Shown here: one piece after another, positions 20,214 through 31,166 of the stretch
Layout of the letters: each line of letters starts with the position of its first letter
Position numbering within the stretch: position 1 is the stretch's first letter
NCBI GenBank assembly: GCA_000146465.1
Contig: CP001945.1
Length of the DNA stretch: 64,000 nucleotides
Strand: one strand, 5' to 3'
Position numbers and translations under genes: made by a program
The notes under the pieces: generated by a model
Database searches by the model: none
Seen by the model: the letters and a program-made list of their open reading frames with translations, nothing else
What the model was told of the DNA's origin: nothing

Positions 20214-21986
20214 CTACAGACACAAACCAGTGTGGCCCATACTTCCCTCTTCGTAGTAGACGTCGCATTCAGTGAGAGGCTTATCGTCATATAGCAGAGA
20301 AAGATTATTTTCGAGGGAGTCCTCATTTCTTCCGTTGTCTATGAGCTTAACGATTGTCTCTATTGCTTCCACCTTGCTCATCTCACCAATGAGGGTAAGC
20401 AGTGTGGACTTCCTGATCTTTGGTGAATTCACTGCTCTTTCATAGATTTCGTCGACTCTTTTAGAAAGACCCTGGGGAGTATCAACAATAAGATTAACCA
20501 TTCGATATTTGTTGTACAGTCTTTCACGCCTGTTTCTTGAAGTTGAGAAAATACAAAGATTATACATCAGCATCTCATCTACAGTAATCTTTTCTATATA
20601 TGTAATCGTAGGAGCAAGAATATTCAAGATGGAAGAGTTGATATTCCCCACAAGGGAAACCGAGGATACCTCTCTGTCCAGTACAACTAGCAGGATGTAT
20701 TTGTTCTTGGCCAAAACATCTTTGTTCCTTGCTATCGCCTGGTTCCTCCACTTAACGAGGTATTCTCTCAACGCATTTAGGAACATGATTCTAGAGAACA
20801 CTTCAATAGTGGTCTTCCTAATAATCTCTTCAAGTATGGAAACACATATTTTCCTTACAACGGTCTTTCTCTCTACAGAGCCCAATCTTTCCTTGTCTTT
20901 CGGGAACTTATTACAAAGGGACTCCTTGGAGATATTCAATTTTTTCCAAAGCACTGCAGAGAGAATATATGACAGGATTTGATAATCCACCGCCCCATGG
21001 AGCATAAAAACAACTGGCTTCTTCACATTTGTTTCTATCTTTCTGCTTTTAGGAACTACTTTATCATATTCCTCTCCACATCCCTTTTCCTCAAAATCCA
21101 CCTTTCCTCCCCTAATGGGGATCCCCTTGTCTCGAAAGAGATCTTCGGCCTCTGCCTCACTAGTCAACAGGACATCTCCAAAAAATCCAATCTTCACTTT
21201 TTCTACAAGGGACTTCTTAAACAGTTGCACACACTTTCCTCTAACTTCTCCTATAAAGGATTGCGCCAGGCAGAATGAAATATAGTCAAGTTTTCGCAGA
21301 AGCCTGAAGAATCCCGCCCCATTTCCTTGCATGTACTTCTTTGTGATTTCCATCGATAACCTTATTCTTGGCCCATCATCCTGTTCTCCCGAATCTAAAA
21401 CATATTTCTCGCACATTGAGGCTAGAATGTGATAACAGTAGAACTCTTCTTTGTTCCTATTTTCATAACCTCGGCTTTCTAAGCTATACAACCGCATAAG
21501 AGTTTCCATTGCCATCCTAAGCTGGCTTAAATTTAAATCCTTATTGAACTGAGGATGATCATACAGCTGGTATCTAAAGACAATGTAAAACCTGACAACC
21601 TTCTCAAGTATCTCAATTGCCTCCCTTCCTCTTTCTTCTTGGACCTTCATGTCTAGTAAGACTGCTCTGATTCTGTTCTCTACAAATTTGTATATTTGAA
21701 TACTCTGGTCATCTGCACACAGTCTGATGACATGGTTTATTACTCTCCATAATACTTCAATTGGCCTTATATCTTCTGCAAGAACTCCTCCCGAGTCCGG
21801 AAACGATTTCCGATACTTCTTTACCATAACCTCTGTCTCGTAAGGAGATACTTCATTATTAAGAACTCGCTCGAGACCTTCAAACTCAGGACAAAACGTT
21901 ATGCATTCTCCTATCACTACTTTTCCCTTCTTGGTATTTCTGCGTTTCTCCTGCAGTCTTTTGTACCTTACTCTTAAGTCCTCCAT
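20214..21986 (-). CDS. SAC3/GANP-domain protein (TREX-2 Sac3-like or related PCI protein)
   Basis: N-terminal GECITFCPEFEGLER matches the SAC3/GANP signature (G.C.DMCPE.ER); 590 aa. Confidence 0.45.
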   Translation of the reverse strand: MEDLRVRYKRLQEKRRNTKKGKVVIGECITFCPEFEGLERVLNNEVSPYETEVMVKKYRKSFPDSGGVLAEDIRPIEVLWRVINHVIRLCADDQSIQIYKFVENRIRAVLLDMKVQEERGREAIEILEKVVRFYIVFRYQLYDHPQFNKDLNLSQLRMAMETLMRLYSLESRGYENRNKEEFYCYHILASMCEKYVLDSGEQDDGPRIRLSMEITKKYMQGNGAGFFRLLRKLDYISFCLAQSFIGEVRGKCVQLFKKSLVEKVKIGFFGDVLLTSEAEAEDLFRDKGIPIRGGKVDFEEKGCGEEYDKVVPKSRKIETNVKKPVVFMLHGAVDYQILSYILSAVLWKKLNISKESLCNKFPKDKERLGSVERKTVVRKICVSILEEIIRKTTIEVFSRIMFLNALREYLVKWRNQAIARNKDVLAKNKYILLVVLDREVSSVSLVGNINSSILNILAPTITYIEKITVDEMLMYNLCIFSTSRNRRERLYNKYRMVNLIVDTPQGLSKRVDEIYERAVNSPKIRKSTLLTLIGEMSKVEAIETIVKLIDNGRNEDSLENNLSLLYDDKPLTECDVYYEEGSMGHTGLCL

Positions 21987-22055
21987 TGAAAACAGGGGAT
22001 CGATAACTCATTAGGACATTTTCAACAGCAGTACATCCGCAAATAAATATCAAGT

Positions 22056-22736
22056 TCAAGCAATAGAATCCGCATTAAATCCTATTCTCTTTCCTATGGA
22101 TCCAAGAACACTTTTGCTTACGTTCAGCCGATAGCTGTCTCCATTCCTGACCACAAGAAGTTTACCAACAAGCCCATTAAGCTTCATCTGTAGGAAAAAG
22201 CCGTTTCCTAATTTACTTTCGATTTCTTTGCAACCACTCAAGATATCCTTAAACTTATTTCTGTTCTTTACAACAAGCATTATTACACTTTCAAAGTAAT
22301 CGAGTCCACTCCCAAAATAACTTTCTATCGTCCATTCTTCCCCTTGGGAAATCCTCCGAAGCTCATTAATGTTTTTATAACTATATGCTTGGACCGTATA
22401 TTTGTCCCCAACTGCAGCAAGCTTCTCTTCCAGCGTTGGACTGAATACAATCTGAACAAAGTCTCTATGTCGTCTGTTACCAAACAGAACATATTTCCCT
22501 GGGCTAGGAAGATATATCTTTGAGTCTTCAAGTATGAGAACAAGATCTTCTGACTCTTCGATCATAGAGCTAAAGCACTTTTTATATACCACCTTTCTCT
22601 CCCTTAAAGCCGCTTCAAATGTGTCAAGAGACTCCAGAGTCACAATCTGGATCTTAAAGTATCTTTCGTTTCCCACCACTTCAAAGAAAGCCCTTAGGGA
22701 CTCAAAGTTGGCCGGATAGGTGGATCCAGGCTCCAT
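22056..22736 (-). CDS. Hypothetical protein
   Basis: 226-aa ORF with ATG start filling a gene-sized interval; no family recognised. Confidence 0.3.
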   Translation of the reverse strand: MEPGSTYPANFESLRAFFEVVGNERYFKIQIVTLESLDTFEAALRERKVVYKKCFSSMIEESEDLVLILEDSKIYLPSPGKYVLFGNRRHRDFVQIVFSPTLEEKLAAVGDKYTVQAYSYKNINELRRISQGEEWTIESYFGSGLDYFESVIMLVVKNRNKFKDILSGCKEIESKLGNGFFLQMKLNGLVGKLLVVRNGDSYRLNVSKSVLGSIGKRIGFNADSIA

Positions 22737-22783
22737 TTTACACTAGGGGTCCCCGTAAATTGCGGAACTAAAAAACCCATATA

Positions 22784-23623
22784 ATGAAAAAGGTTCCTAA
22801 AATATTACTCAAGCTGGTGATTTTTCAAGGAATAATAGTGCTATTTCTTCTTGGAATTCCGTTTTCCATATTTGCTTATCCTCTCTACATATTTAACAGA
22901 CCGCTATGTATTCAACTATCAAGCTTCTTTGCATACACTCTGTGGACCTTGACAAGCTGGATGTTCAATCTATCAAGCACTGTAAATGGTGCCGTTTCCC
23001 TTGGGAACGAAAGTTACTTGGTTATAAGCAACCACTTAGGATCTGTAGATTTCATCCTAATTAATGAAATAACCAGGAAAAGCGGAATGATGGCCCACGC
23101 AAAGTATGCAATTAAGGACGGCCTTCGGATTTTCCCCATATTCTACCAAATCGTTGTTTATCTTGGATTTCTTGTCTTGAAAAGAAGCTTTGAGAAAGAT
23201 AAGAAGAAGATTATAGAATATTTAAGATTTTTCGACGTCTCAAATCTTCCGATATGGTTTGTTCTCTATCCTGAAGGATCCCGATTCACAGAAAAGCTGA
23301 AACTTGAGAGTTGGAGATATTCCGATAAGAAAGGAATGATAAGACTCAACAACGTGCTTTTTCCCAGATACAAAGGATTTAAACTCATATGTGAACAGCT
23401 CCGAAACTCCCGAATAAAGAAGATTGTGGACATCACATTCTCTTATTCGGAGGGAGAGGTTCCTCCCCTGTGGAAGTTTCTTTTTTGGGATACGAAAGGC
23501 TCGTTCAACTGTGACATCAGAACTGTCCTGATCAACGAGATAGATGACTATGAAGAGTTCCTCTACAAGAGCTTTGAGAGGAAAGACCTCCTCATAGAAA
23601 AGTGGAATAGCACAGGAAAGTAA
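22784..23623 (+). CDS. Lysophospholipid acyltransferase (AGPAT/LPLAT family)
   Basis: Acyltransferase motif I NHLGSVDF (NHxxxxD), motif III YPEGSRF, N-terminal TM helices. Confidence 0.65.
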   Translation: MKKVPKILLKLVIFQGIIVLFLLGIPFSIFAYPLYIFNRPLCIQLSSFFAYTLWTLTSWMFNLSSTVNGAVSLGNESYLVISNHLGSVDFILINEITRKSGMMAHAKYAIKDGLRIFPIFYQIVVYLGFLVLKRSFEKDKKKIIEYLRFFDVSNLPIWFVLYPEGSRFTEKLKLESWRYSDKKGMIRLNNVLFPRYKGFKLICEQLRNSRIKKIVDITFSYSEGEVPPLWKFLFWDTKGSFNCDIRTVLINEIDDYEEFLYKSFERKDLLIEKWNSTGK

Positions 23624-23649
23624 ACTGTAAAAGAATTCCGTATTTATTC

Positions 23650-26256
23650 TTAAAGGTACAGACTTGGCAGGAATATAATATCCCTCTTCATGGATGCAGA
23701 TGCATCTTCAATCTTTTTTTCTAGATCTTTATCTCCTATCATTGCAGATATACTTATCAACTCCCTACAACATTCTTCAAGTCTCAATATTAGCCTTACA
23801 AAAGTCCCCTCGAGAACATCATATTTAGATACTATCTTTACCAGTGACGATCCATTGCACCAATCATAAACTGCATCTACAAGGGAGAAATTCAAGGGCG
23901 GAAAAGGCGGAATAGATAATTCATCTAGGTCTTTGGATAGTCTCGCGAAATATTCCTTCATTATTTCACATTCGCTGCGGAGACTCTCTCCTGGTTCTTC
24001 TTCTCCGCCTTCTTCATGTATCATTGAAGACATCAATGAAATGATTTTACGCCCACACATCTCTTTGAATTCATTTGAGAATATCATCTCAACAACCAAA
24101 ACCTCATTAACCGTATGTATCTCTGCTCCCGCTCTCCCCTTCATTGTTATGGTCCCGTCAACAAATCCTTTCCTTCTGAGGAATTCCATCCTGTTGTTAT
24201 ACTCATCTATCATCCCAAGGCTACAAGCATTATATTTTGTGCTTATCTTTTCTATTTCCTTTCTTCTGTGAAGCATATCTAATGCACTTAAGTAGTGAAG
24301 ATCAAACTCCTTGCAGTCCTTCTCTTCGGATATTAGGTAATCATACCAACTCTTGAGTTTTCTTATCTCCAGCACATCCATTACATTTGTCGTATTATAG
24401 TTCCAGAAAGCCCTCCCATCTTCCAGTACACAGAAAACATCTGCAAGATCAACTTTACTTCTATCCAGAGGCTTTCTGATGTTTAGGGGATGAGCCAGAA
24501 ACCTTGTGGAAATTGGAGAGCTACTCTGGAATTCCCCTTCTTGCTTCAGAAGCACAGACGTTCCCAAAACCTTCTCAACAGTTCCTACGGAGTTATTCTT
24601 CAATAGAATCTGTCTTCCCTCCCCCAAAACGTTGTATTTTCCAATTAATTTCCAATTCTTAGCGCATATCTCCTCAACAGCATTGATGTACTTTGCCAGG
24701 TCTCCACATACACTGCACTCTTTCCCTTGGTAACGCTCTAGTTCAGACAGTTTTTTCATATCCTTCTCATAGTTCCTCTGGCTCCTATGCTCCCCATAAC
24801 TTCTTCTCATTAGGTCTTCCACCCTAATGTTTGATCTTAGTGATATAAGAATAAGGCCAAAGCTTAGCTTAAATTGACTGGATAGGCTGAATGGTGCACC
24901 TTGTATAATCCCTTGAATAGTTGAAAGAGGTGGCATTTTTGGATCTGCTATCATCACTGTTCCTACTGCATCCATCCCTCGTCTCCCAGCTCTTCCACTC
25001 ATCTGAATGTACTCTCCAGACGAGACATATCGGAAGGTTCCATTATCGATTTTACTAAGAGATAAAAACACACAGCATTTGGCTGGCATGTTCACTCCCA
25101 TTGCAAATGTTTCAGTAGCTATAAGGAGTTTGACCAGGTTCATGGAAAAGAGAAGCTCCACACATTCCTTAACAAAGGGGAGTAGAGAACCGTGATGCAC
25201 TGCAACTCCATTAAGCACCATCGAAGACATGTTAAGAACCTGAGGCAAGTTCTTATCCTCGGAAGAGAGGCACTTGGTGGCCTCGTTGAGAAACATCTTT
25301 ACTTCCTCTCTACTTTTTGCATCGTTCAAGTTCAAAGTCCTGAGGATCTCGGCATAATCTTCGCACCTTCTTTTTGAAAAGCAAAAGAATATCGCTGGAG
25401 TAAGCTTTTTCTTGACAACAAAATTGGCCAGGTCCAGTATCTTAAACTTCCCCGTAGGCCTATTCTTCTTGCTGAAAGGAACTAAATCTCCCTTGAAATT
25501 CGATGCATTTTCTGTTTTTCCTCCTTCATTAATGGTATACACATTCCAGTCGCAATATATCACATGCTCCAAAGGAACTGCCCTTTTCCCTGTCGAAATC
25601 ACATATATTGTCCGATCCTTTGTCCTTCCTACCCACTCACTAAACTCCAGGCCGTTGGGAATTGTTGCACTTAGCATAATGAAGTTTATATTGCGAGGAA
25701 TCATGATTATACATTCCTCCCACACAACTCCTCTTTCAGAATCGTTGATGTAATGAACCTCGTCAAACACAACAAACTCTGTGTCTCTCAAAAGATCTCC
25801 ATTTCTGTACACAAGGTTCCGAAGAATCTCAGTCGTCATCACAAGGCATTTCGCAGTGGGGTTAACCTGCACATCCCCCGTAATAATTCCAACGTCGTCG
25901 TACTTCTGCTTGAAGTCGTGGTACTTTTGATTGCTCAATGCCTTGATGGGCGATGTATAAATAGTCCTTGTCCCATGCTTCTGTGACAGAGAGATGGCAT
26001 ATTCGGCCACAAGAGTCTTTCCGGAACTTGTATGCGCAGAAACGAAAACAGATGAGTTCCTGCTTAAAAAATAAAATGCCTGCTTCTGGAAAGTATCGGT
26101 CTCAAAGTCTATGTTCAGAATCCTCTCGTCAACATACTGTGAATAGTCCGAGGGAATCCAGTTTTGCTTCACCATCACCGAATACTTTTTTTCCGTGCCT
26201 TTGGCTTCCGCTCCAGAGACATTCCTACATTCCACCTCTTCCCCGTTTTGGTTCAT
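23650..26256 (-). CDS. Ski2-like DExH RNA helicase (Mtr4/Ski2 family)
   Basis: Motif I AHTSSGKT, motif II DEVHY, SAT, QMSGRAGRRG; C-terminal DSHCT-like region (GTFVRLILRLEE...KRDIIFLPSLYL). Confidence 0.85.
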   Translation of the reverse strand: MNQNGEEVECRNVSGAEAKGTEKKYSVMVKQNWIPSDYSQYVDERILNIDFETDTFQKQAFYFLSRNSSVFVSAHTSSGKTLVAEYAISLSQKHGTRTIYTSPIKALSNQKYHDFKQKYDDVGIITGDVQVNPTAKCLVMTTEILRNLVYRNGDLLRDTEFVVFDEVHYINDSERGVVWEECIIMIPRNINFIMLSATIPNGLEFSEWVGRTKDRTIYVISTGKRAVPLEHVIYCDWNVYTINEGGKTENASNFKGDLVPFSKKNRPTGKFKILDLANFVVKKKLTPAIFFCFSKRRCEDYAEILRTLNLNDAKSREEVKMFLNEATKCLSSEDKNLPQVLNMSSMVLNGVAVHHGSLLPFVKECVELLFSMNLVKLLIATETFAMGVNMPAKCCVFLSLSKIDNGTFRYVSSGEYIQMSGRAGRRGMDAVGTVMIADPKMPPLSTIQGIIQGAPFSLSSQFKLSFGLILISLRSNIRVEDLMRRSYGEHRSQRNYEKDMKKLSELERYQGKECSVCGDLAKYINAVEEICAKNWKLIGKYNVLGEGRQILLKNNSVGTVEKVLGTSVLLKQEGEFQSSSPISTRFLAHPLNIRKPLDRSKVDLADVFCVLEDGRAFWNYNTTNVMDVLEIRKLKSWYDYLISEEKDCKEFDLHYLSALDMLHRRKEIEKISTKYNACSLGMIDEYNNRMEFLRRKGFVDGTITMKGRAGAEIHTVNEVLVVEMIFSNEFKEMCGRKIISLMSSMIHEEGGEEEPGESLRSECEIMKEYFARLSKDLDELSIPPFPPLNFSLVDAVYDWCNGSSLVKIVSKYDVLEGTFVRLILRLEECCRELISISAMIGDKDLEKKIEDASASMKRDIIFLPSLYL

Positions 26257-26336
26257 GGGCTAGGCCCCACAGAACGTATTTCTGAAGAATAATTCCCTAA
26301 ATTTCTCTGGCTCATCGTTAAATTTATTCACCAACT

Positions 26337-27221
26337 CTATCTCCTTCGGGAAGAAGCCTTTTCATTCGAATACTCGTAGTAACATCCAGCCCCCAACCGG
26401 TCCTTAATCTCTTCAAACTTCTCTGTAAATGCATTTGCATCTTCTTCATTGGCATATTCTATAAATCCATATCCCCTATTTCTTTTGTTTTCTCCGTATA
26501 TCACTCTTATCTCCTTCGGCTTACATTCGACGTCTGCAAGTATTTTCCTTATTTCGACAATCGAATGGGCCTTGTTCAACTTTCCTAAAAAGAATCTTGT
26601 CTTGTTTTCCCAAGGCTTCTTCATCCTCTCTATATAAACAGGCTTGTTGTTCATTACAATTTCCTCTTTGATCACAGCTTTTTTCTTGAAGGTTATAATC
26701 GCTTTACCCGTAGATATGTTATCCTTGTTCTTTTTTATTCTTATTCTCTCTATCTCTCCGTATTTTTCAAACACTTTTGAAATAGACTCTTCATTTTCTT
26801 TATAAGAGAGGTTGGTGAGTATGTATTTGTTGTCCAGATATCTTCCGCTGCTTTCTTTCTTTTCCTTCCCTTGCTTTCTGTTTGCTTTCATGTCTACAAG
26901 TGCATGTTCTTTGCTAGGATACTTCAAGATAAAATGGCCTTTTCCGTTTTCTATTGACTTGAAGTTTTTGAATGCTTCTTTTATGTCCTTCAAAGTCAGA
27001 CTTCCCTTTATAACAAGAGAACATGTGGCCTCATCAAATTTAATGGCTTCAATATTCTTCTTCTTTTCCCTCGATATCTCATCCTTTTCTTTTTTTCCCT
27101 TAGAGCTTTCTTTCTTCTCCTTGCAACTTCTTGGGATATCTTCCCCCTTCAAACGTTTCTTATTCCCTTCCTTGCATTCAAGCTTACTCTTTCCTCTTCC
27201 TTCCTTTTTCATGCCATTCAT
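26337..27221 (-). CDS. Lys-rich RNA-binding protein with RRM domains (nucleolar Nop12/nucleolin-like)
   Basis: RNP1-like RGYGFIEY and RFFLGKL motifs; extremely K/E-rich N-terminus. Confidence 0.5.
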   Translation of the reverse strand: MNGMKKEGRGKSKLECKEGNKKRLKGEDIPRSCKEKKESSKGKKEKDEISREKKKNIEAIKFDEATCSLVIKGSLTLKDIKEAFKNFKSIENGKGHFILKYPSKEHALVDMKANRKQGKEKKESSGRYLDNKYILTNLSYKENEESISKVFEKYGEIERIRIKKNKDNISTGKAIITFKKKAVIKEEIVMNNKPVYIERMKKPWENKTRFFLGKLNKAHSIVEIRKILADVECKPKEIRVIYGENKRNRGYGFIEYANEEDANAFTEKFEEIKDRLGAGCYYEYSNEKASSRRR

Positions 27222-27379
27222 ACTATATCTTCTAATGGGTTAATATATATCCAAAGAAATAAGACTTCCTACATCCGCCGCATTAAAAGATTTATTAGAT
27301 ATGCTTTGTAATGCCTTCACCTACTTACAGAGCACTCCTCCCTACCCGTTAAAAGTGGCAAAAAATTTACCCTGAACAG

Positions 27380-27799
27380 ATGAGCAAGGAGCTTTTAGAA
27401 GCAAATCCCCTGGTTGAGATAAAGGAAGCTTACCAAAAGAAAAAGAAGTTCATCCGCCACCACTCCGATAGGTATAAAAGAGTAAAGCCGTCCTGGAGAA
27501 AGCCTCATGGAATTGACAGTAGGGTCAGGAAGAGATGCCGGGGTGAAAGAGAAATGCCATCCATCAAATACAAGAAGCCAAAGGAGATCAGACATCTTCT
27601 TCCAAATGGACTCAGAAAGGTGAGGATATTCAATATCAACGACCTTACTCCCCTAGCATCCTTGAACAGATTTTACTGTGGAGAGATTGCACATGCAGTA
27701 GGAGCTAGAAAGAGAATAGCCATCGTCAATCGAGCAAAGGAGCTTGGAATTTGCTTGTTGAACGGAAACGCACGTCTTGTTCAGGAAATCGAGGAATAA
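27380..27799 (+). CDS. Ribosomal protein L32e
   Basis: [29 protein letters not shown]...LPNGLRKV...[26 protein letters not shown] is collinear with eukaryotic RPL32. Confidence 0.85.
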   Translation: MSKELLEANPLVEIKEAYQKKKKFIRHHSDRYKRVKPSWRKPHGIDSRVRKRCRGEREMPSIKYKKPKEIRHLLPNGLRKVRIFNINDLTPLASLNRFYCGEIAHAVGARKRIAIVNRAKELGICLLNGNARLVQEIEE

Positions 27800-27876
27800 A
27801 ACTTCAGCTGCTTTACTTCTTGTTATCCTAAGGGAAGATTTATTTAATACCGAGAAAAATATCCTCTGACATTCAA

Positions 27877-28638
27877 ATGAATTTAATATCCGCTTCCGAT
27901 AGAGATATTATCGTCCGCATGGATGAGACTTTGATAGTGAGGGATGTCTTCAGCGGCACCACAAGGAAAATGACTGCGCCTCCTCTGATATCCTTTATGT
28001 CTGGAAAGTATTTAGTTGACAAAGAAAAAAATTTGCATGTTGTTGACGGACCTGTTCTTAGGAACGCTTCCAAGCTAAACAGAAACATCTTTTGTTTAGT
28101 AGAGCATGAGGGAACTGCATATGTTGCAGATAGGTTTGGAGACGTCTACAGAATTGAAAATGAAGGATGCAAATATGTGCTTGGAACTCTATCGTATTTG
28201 ACGGGAATGGCTATATACAACGGAAGGATTCTATTAAGTGATAAGTACGGAAGAATTCGCATCAGTGAAATGAATGGAAGAATATTGGACTATCGCTTTG
28301 GCTGCGACTCTATAGAATCTTTGGAATGTGTTAATGGACTCCTGATTTCAATAAGCAATAAGAATATGGTTCTATATGACGAAGAGTGTTTTCCCAGATG
28401 TACGTTTAAGCTTCCCGAAGGCATAAGAGTTATGAAGACCATTACTAAAGGAAAGAACGAGCTTGTAGTCATTTGCTTGAATTCCTATTTCTTGTTTAAG
28501 ATAGAGAAAAATAGCATTGGACTTGTTTCTCATGTGAAAGAATCCATAGTTGATGGGGCCTGCATCGGAGATCTCTTTTACAAGGTGCTTCCGGATCTCA
28601 CCGTTGTGGATTGCCAGGGCAGGATCTTCTATGAATAA
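27877..28638 (+). CDS. Hypothetical protein (possible beta-propeller)
   Basis: 253-aa ORF with ATG start; repeated beta-strand-like segments; no family assigned. Confidence 0.3.
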   Translation: MNLISASDRDIIVRMDETLIVRDVFSGTTRKMTAPPLISFMSGKYLVDKEKNLHVVDGPVLRNASKLNRNIFCLVEHEGTAYVADRFGDVYRIENEGCKYVLGTLSYLTGMAIYNGRILLSDKYGRIRISEMNGRILDYRFGCDSIESLECVNGLLISISNKNMVLYDEECFPRCTFKLPEGIRVMKTITKGKNELVVICLNSYFLFKIEKNSIGLVSHVKESIVDGACIGDLFYKVLPDLTVVDCQGRIFYE

Positions 28639-28704
28639 ACATTAGTTAATCTTGGTACAGAATTGATATTCTCGACTATTTATCACTTCTGTCTTCAACA
28701 CCCT

Positions 28705-29424
28705 ATGGGTAATAGCAAAAGGCATAAGACTGAAAGCTCCCCTAACATCGTGGAAAGTACAGAGAGCGGCACCTATTCGGAATCAGTCTCCTTGGAATCT
28801 TCATCCGACGAAATTGTTTACGAGGTGGCAGATCTCTCGGTATCCAACTGGACGGATGTATCTATACTTATGGACCAGTCCAGGATGTTTCCCTCTTCGG
28901 AAGAGTTTCTTTCATTATTTGTCAATTCCAAGGTCTTAGTAAGCGGGGATCTTATTCTCTCCTTTTGTGGTTTTCTTGAGGTGCCCAAGGTCCTTGAAAT
29001 GATACACAAGAAGCTCAGGGAAGCTCTTAGCTCTTTGATTTCGACGGCAGAAAAGAACAAAATCAAAAGTAGCGAGGTTTATATATTCTATATGGAAAGG
29101 GCAGCCAATCTTCCTTTGGAAATGATTTTGAGCCTGTACAGGAGCCTTTCCTTAGGAAGATTCAAGTACATGATATTTGTCTCGAGAGTTAAGCCGTGTG
29201 GAAAAAGAGAGGTAAAGAATCTCATGGAAGACTTCAAGGAGTATAACCCAGTGGACTTGAGCCATATCCCTGTGCGAGGAGAAGAGATCTTGCTACTATC
29301 ATCCCACATAGCTAAGAAGCAGATTGGAATGAACAATAATATATTCCGACTGTTTTTGATGGACAGGAAGATGTTTGAATCGTTTATAAAGCTCTTCGAA
29401 AAAGAAATCTCCAAAAGCATATAG
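28705..29424 (+). CDS. Hypothetical protein
   Basis: Track start 28663 is TTG; first ATG is 28705, preceded by CCC; Ser-rich N-terminus; unassigned. Confidence 0.3.
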   Translation: MGNSKRHKTESSPNIVESTESGTYSESVSLESSSDEIVYEVADLSVSNWTDVSILMDQSRMFPSSEEFLSLFVNSKVLVSGDLILSFCGFLEVPKVLEMIHKKLREALSSLISTAEKNKIKSSEVYIFYMERAANLPLEMILSLYRSLSLGRFKYMIFVSRVKPCGKREVKNLMEDFKEYNPVDLSHIPVRGEEILLLSSHIAKKQIGMNNNIFRLFLMDRKMFESFIKLFEKEISKSI

Positions 29425-29485
29425 AATAAATAATGATTGACCAAATACAATTCTTATTTTCTATTTCCCTCTTGTTTCCCTGGGA

Positions 29486-30289
29486 ATGGATGAAGCTGTT
29501 GAGAAACTAGAACTAGTTTTGGAGAGCAAAGTTGAAAATCTTCCTGAGAAGATAATGGATGCATTAGAAGACCTTGTGCAGGCATCTTTGGAATGTTCAT
29601 CAGAAGAAATGGTAGAGTACGAGCTAGACGAAATTCTTATTAATGCCTTTGATAAGACATCGCATAAGGACCACAAGAGACTTATGGAGATGCTTCTGGA
29701 CCTCATGTCATGCATGCGAGATCCTCGTAACATCTATCCAGCAGTAGAGAAGTACTTTAGTCCTGAGTGCAACTTTTCGATGGATGCCGCCAAAGTAATT
29801 TTTGTGATGAAGAGGGACTTTGGATTTGAGTTTGATGGCTTTCTTAGCACTCTCCTGGATTGTATTAGACCCGAAAACATTGAAAACGATACTGAGAGGA
29901 GACTGTTTTTTATTCTAATGGTTTTAGATAATGGTTCTGTCCCACTTGTTGTAACCAAAGCATTTGTTAAGAAGCTCTGTAATGTCTCTCTGCAGGTCAA
30001 GTCCTCATGCTGCCACAAGATACTTTGGGGAGTCCTATGGATTATGAGATTCCATCCAATGGCATATGCGATGGCAAAGAGAGAAAGCTTTGAAAAGGAT
30101 CTTGAATGGAATGTGTCTGTTACGATTAACCAATTTCAACCGTATCTATTTGAGCTTGATATATTAAGTGAATCTCTAAAAGGAATCCAAAAAGTTGTTA
30201 GTCTCATCAAGCGCGAGGCAATGGATGCCAAAAACAGACCAAAGCTCCTATCCCTGGACAATGTTATTTTTCCAAAACTAGAGATTTAG
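29486..30289 (+). CDS. Hypothetical protein (helical)
   Basis: 267-aa ORF with ATG start; unassigned. Confidence 0.3.
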   Translation: MDEAVEKLELVLESKVENLPEKIMDALEDLVQASLECSSEEMVEYELDEILINAFDKTSHKDHKRLMEMLLDLMSCMRDPRNIYPAVEKYFSPECNFSMDAAKVIFVMKRDFGFEFDGFLSTLLDCIRPENIENDTERRLFFILMVLDNGSVPLVVTKAFVKKLCNVSLQVKSSCCHKILWGVLWIMRFHPMAYAMAKRESFEKDLEWNVSVTINQFQPYLFELDILSESLKGIQKVVSLIKREAMDAKNRPKLLSLDNVIFPKLEI

Positions 30290-30316
30290 ATGTCTTCCCA
30301 AAAATAAAGAATTCAC

Positions 30317-31090
30317 TTAATCTTTTTGTGGCTGCTCCTGCAGCTTCCTCATAATGTATTTTCTTGCTCTATCTTTAATTCTCAATTTTTTCTTTGTTTC
30401 AGATGGCCTGTCTCCATTTCTTTGGAGGTCTCCTTGGATCTTTTTGACTATTCTCTTCAAAGAAGATACACTTATGATCTCCCCAAGATTGAGCCTTCTG
30501 TGGGAGTCTGGTAAGTTCTCGTCTCTAATGAAGTATGCTATGCAAAGACAGTAGGAGCTCGTACACTTGTTGCTTTTGGATATTGAAAGAAACTCCTCTA
30601 GTAAATGATTACCTTTAAGACCTTGTGAGAGACAAAAATCTCTAACTCTGCTGAAGATTCTAGAGAGATATTCCGAAGACAGTTCTACATATTCAAACTC
30701 TCTCAAAAGAATTCTCTTGAGCCCCAGCCCCGTCCTTTCTGTAAGAGGCTTGAGATCGCTATATGATATTGGATACTGGTGTCTTCTAAGTACATTGTAA
30801 GTTATTGCCAGTATCTTATCGTTGGCTCCAATTCTGTGTTCAAAATCCTTTGTTCTCAAGAGGAGTTTAACCTCTTCGGAATAGCCTGAAACATTCAGAA
30901 TCCCAAGTAAAGACTCTACATTTCTGCTATATCTCTCTGCTTTGTCTACAACGAAATACTTCATTCTCCTTGGAATTACAGGCCTGTGAAAAGTATATGA
31001 TGCCATGTAGTTGTCGCAATCTGATTCCAAGCACAATCCACAGGACGTACAAGCACCATTGTCAATCCATGGGTGGCTGCAACCCTCCAT
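30317..31090 (-). CDS. TFIIB-family-like protein (N-terminal zinc ribbon plus cyclin-like fold; TFIIB/Brf-like, reduced)
   Basis: N-terminal CSHPWIDNGACTSCGLC zinc-ribbon-like Cys cluster followed by a helical repeat; basic C-terminal tail; the short length leaves assignment uncertain. Confidence 0.3.
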   Translation of the reverse strand: MEGCSHPWIDNGACTSCGLCLESDCDNYMASYTFHRPVIPRRMKYFVVDKAERYSRNVESLLGILNVSGYSEEVKLLLRTKDFEHRIGANDKILAITYNVLRRHQYPISYSDLKPLTERTGLGLKRILLREFEYVELSSEYLSRIFSRVRDFCLSQGLKGNHLLEEFLSISKSNKCTSSYCLCIAYFIRDENLPDSHRRLNLGEIISVSSLKRIVKKIQGDLQRNGDRPSETKKKLRIKDRARKYIMRKLQEQPQKD

Positions 31091-31166
31091 TCAGGGCCAT
31101 ATCCACAAAGATGAAAAAGAATAATTCCAAAGCCGCTGGTCTTTAGCAATAAAGAAGGTGTTTATT

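Noticed and set aside
27324-27329. Minus-strand GTAAGT in the intergenic region upstream of the RRM gene start (27221)
   Set aside because: No ATG-containing exon lies upstream of it within the spacer, so an intron here would be entirely in the 5' UTR; no support.
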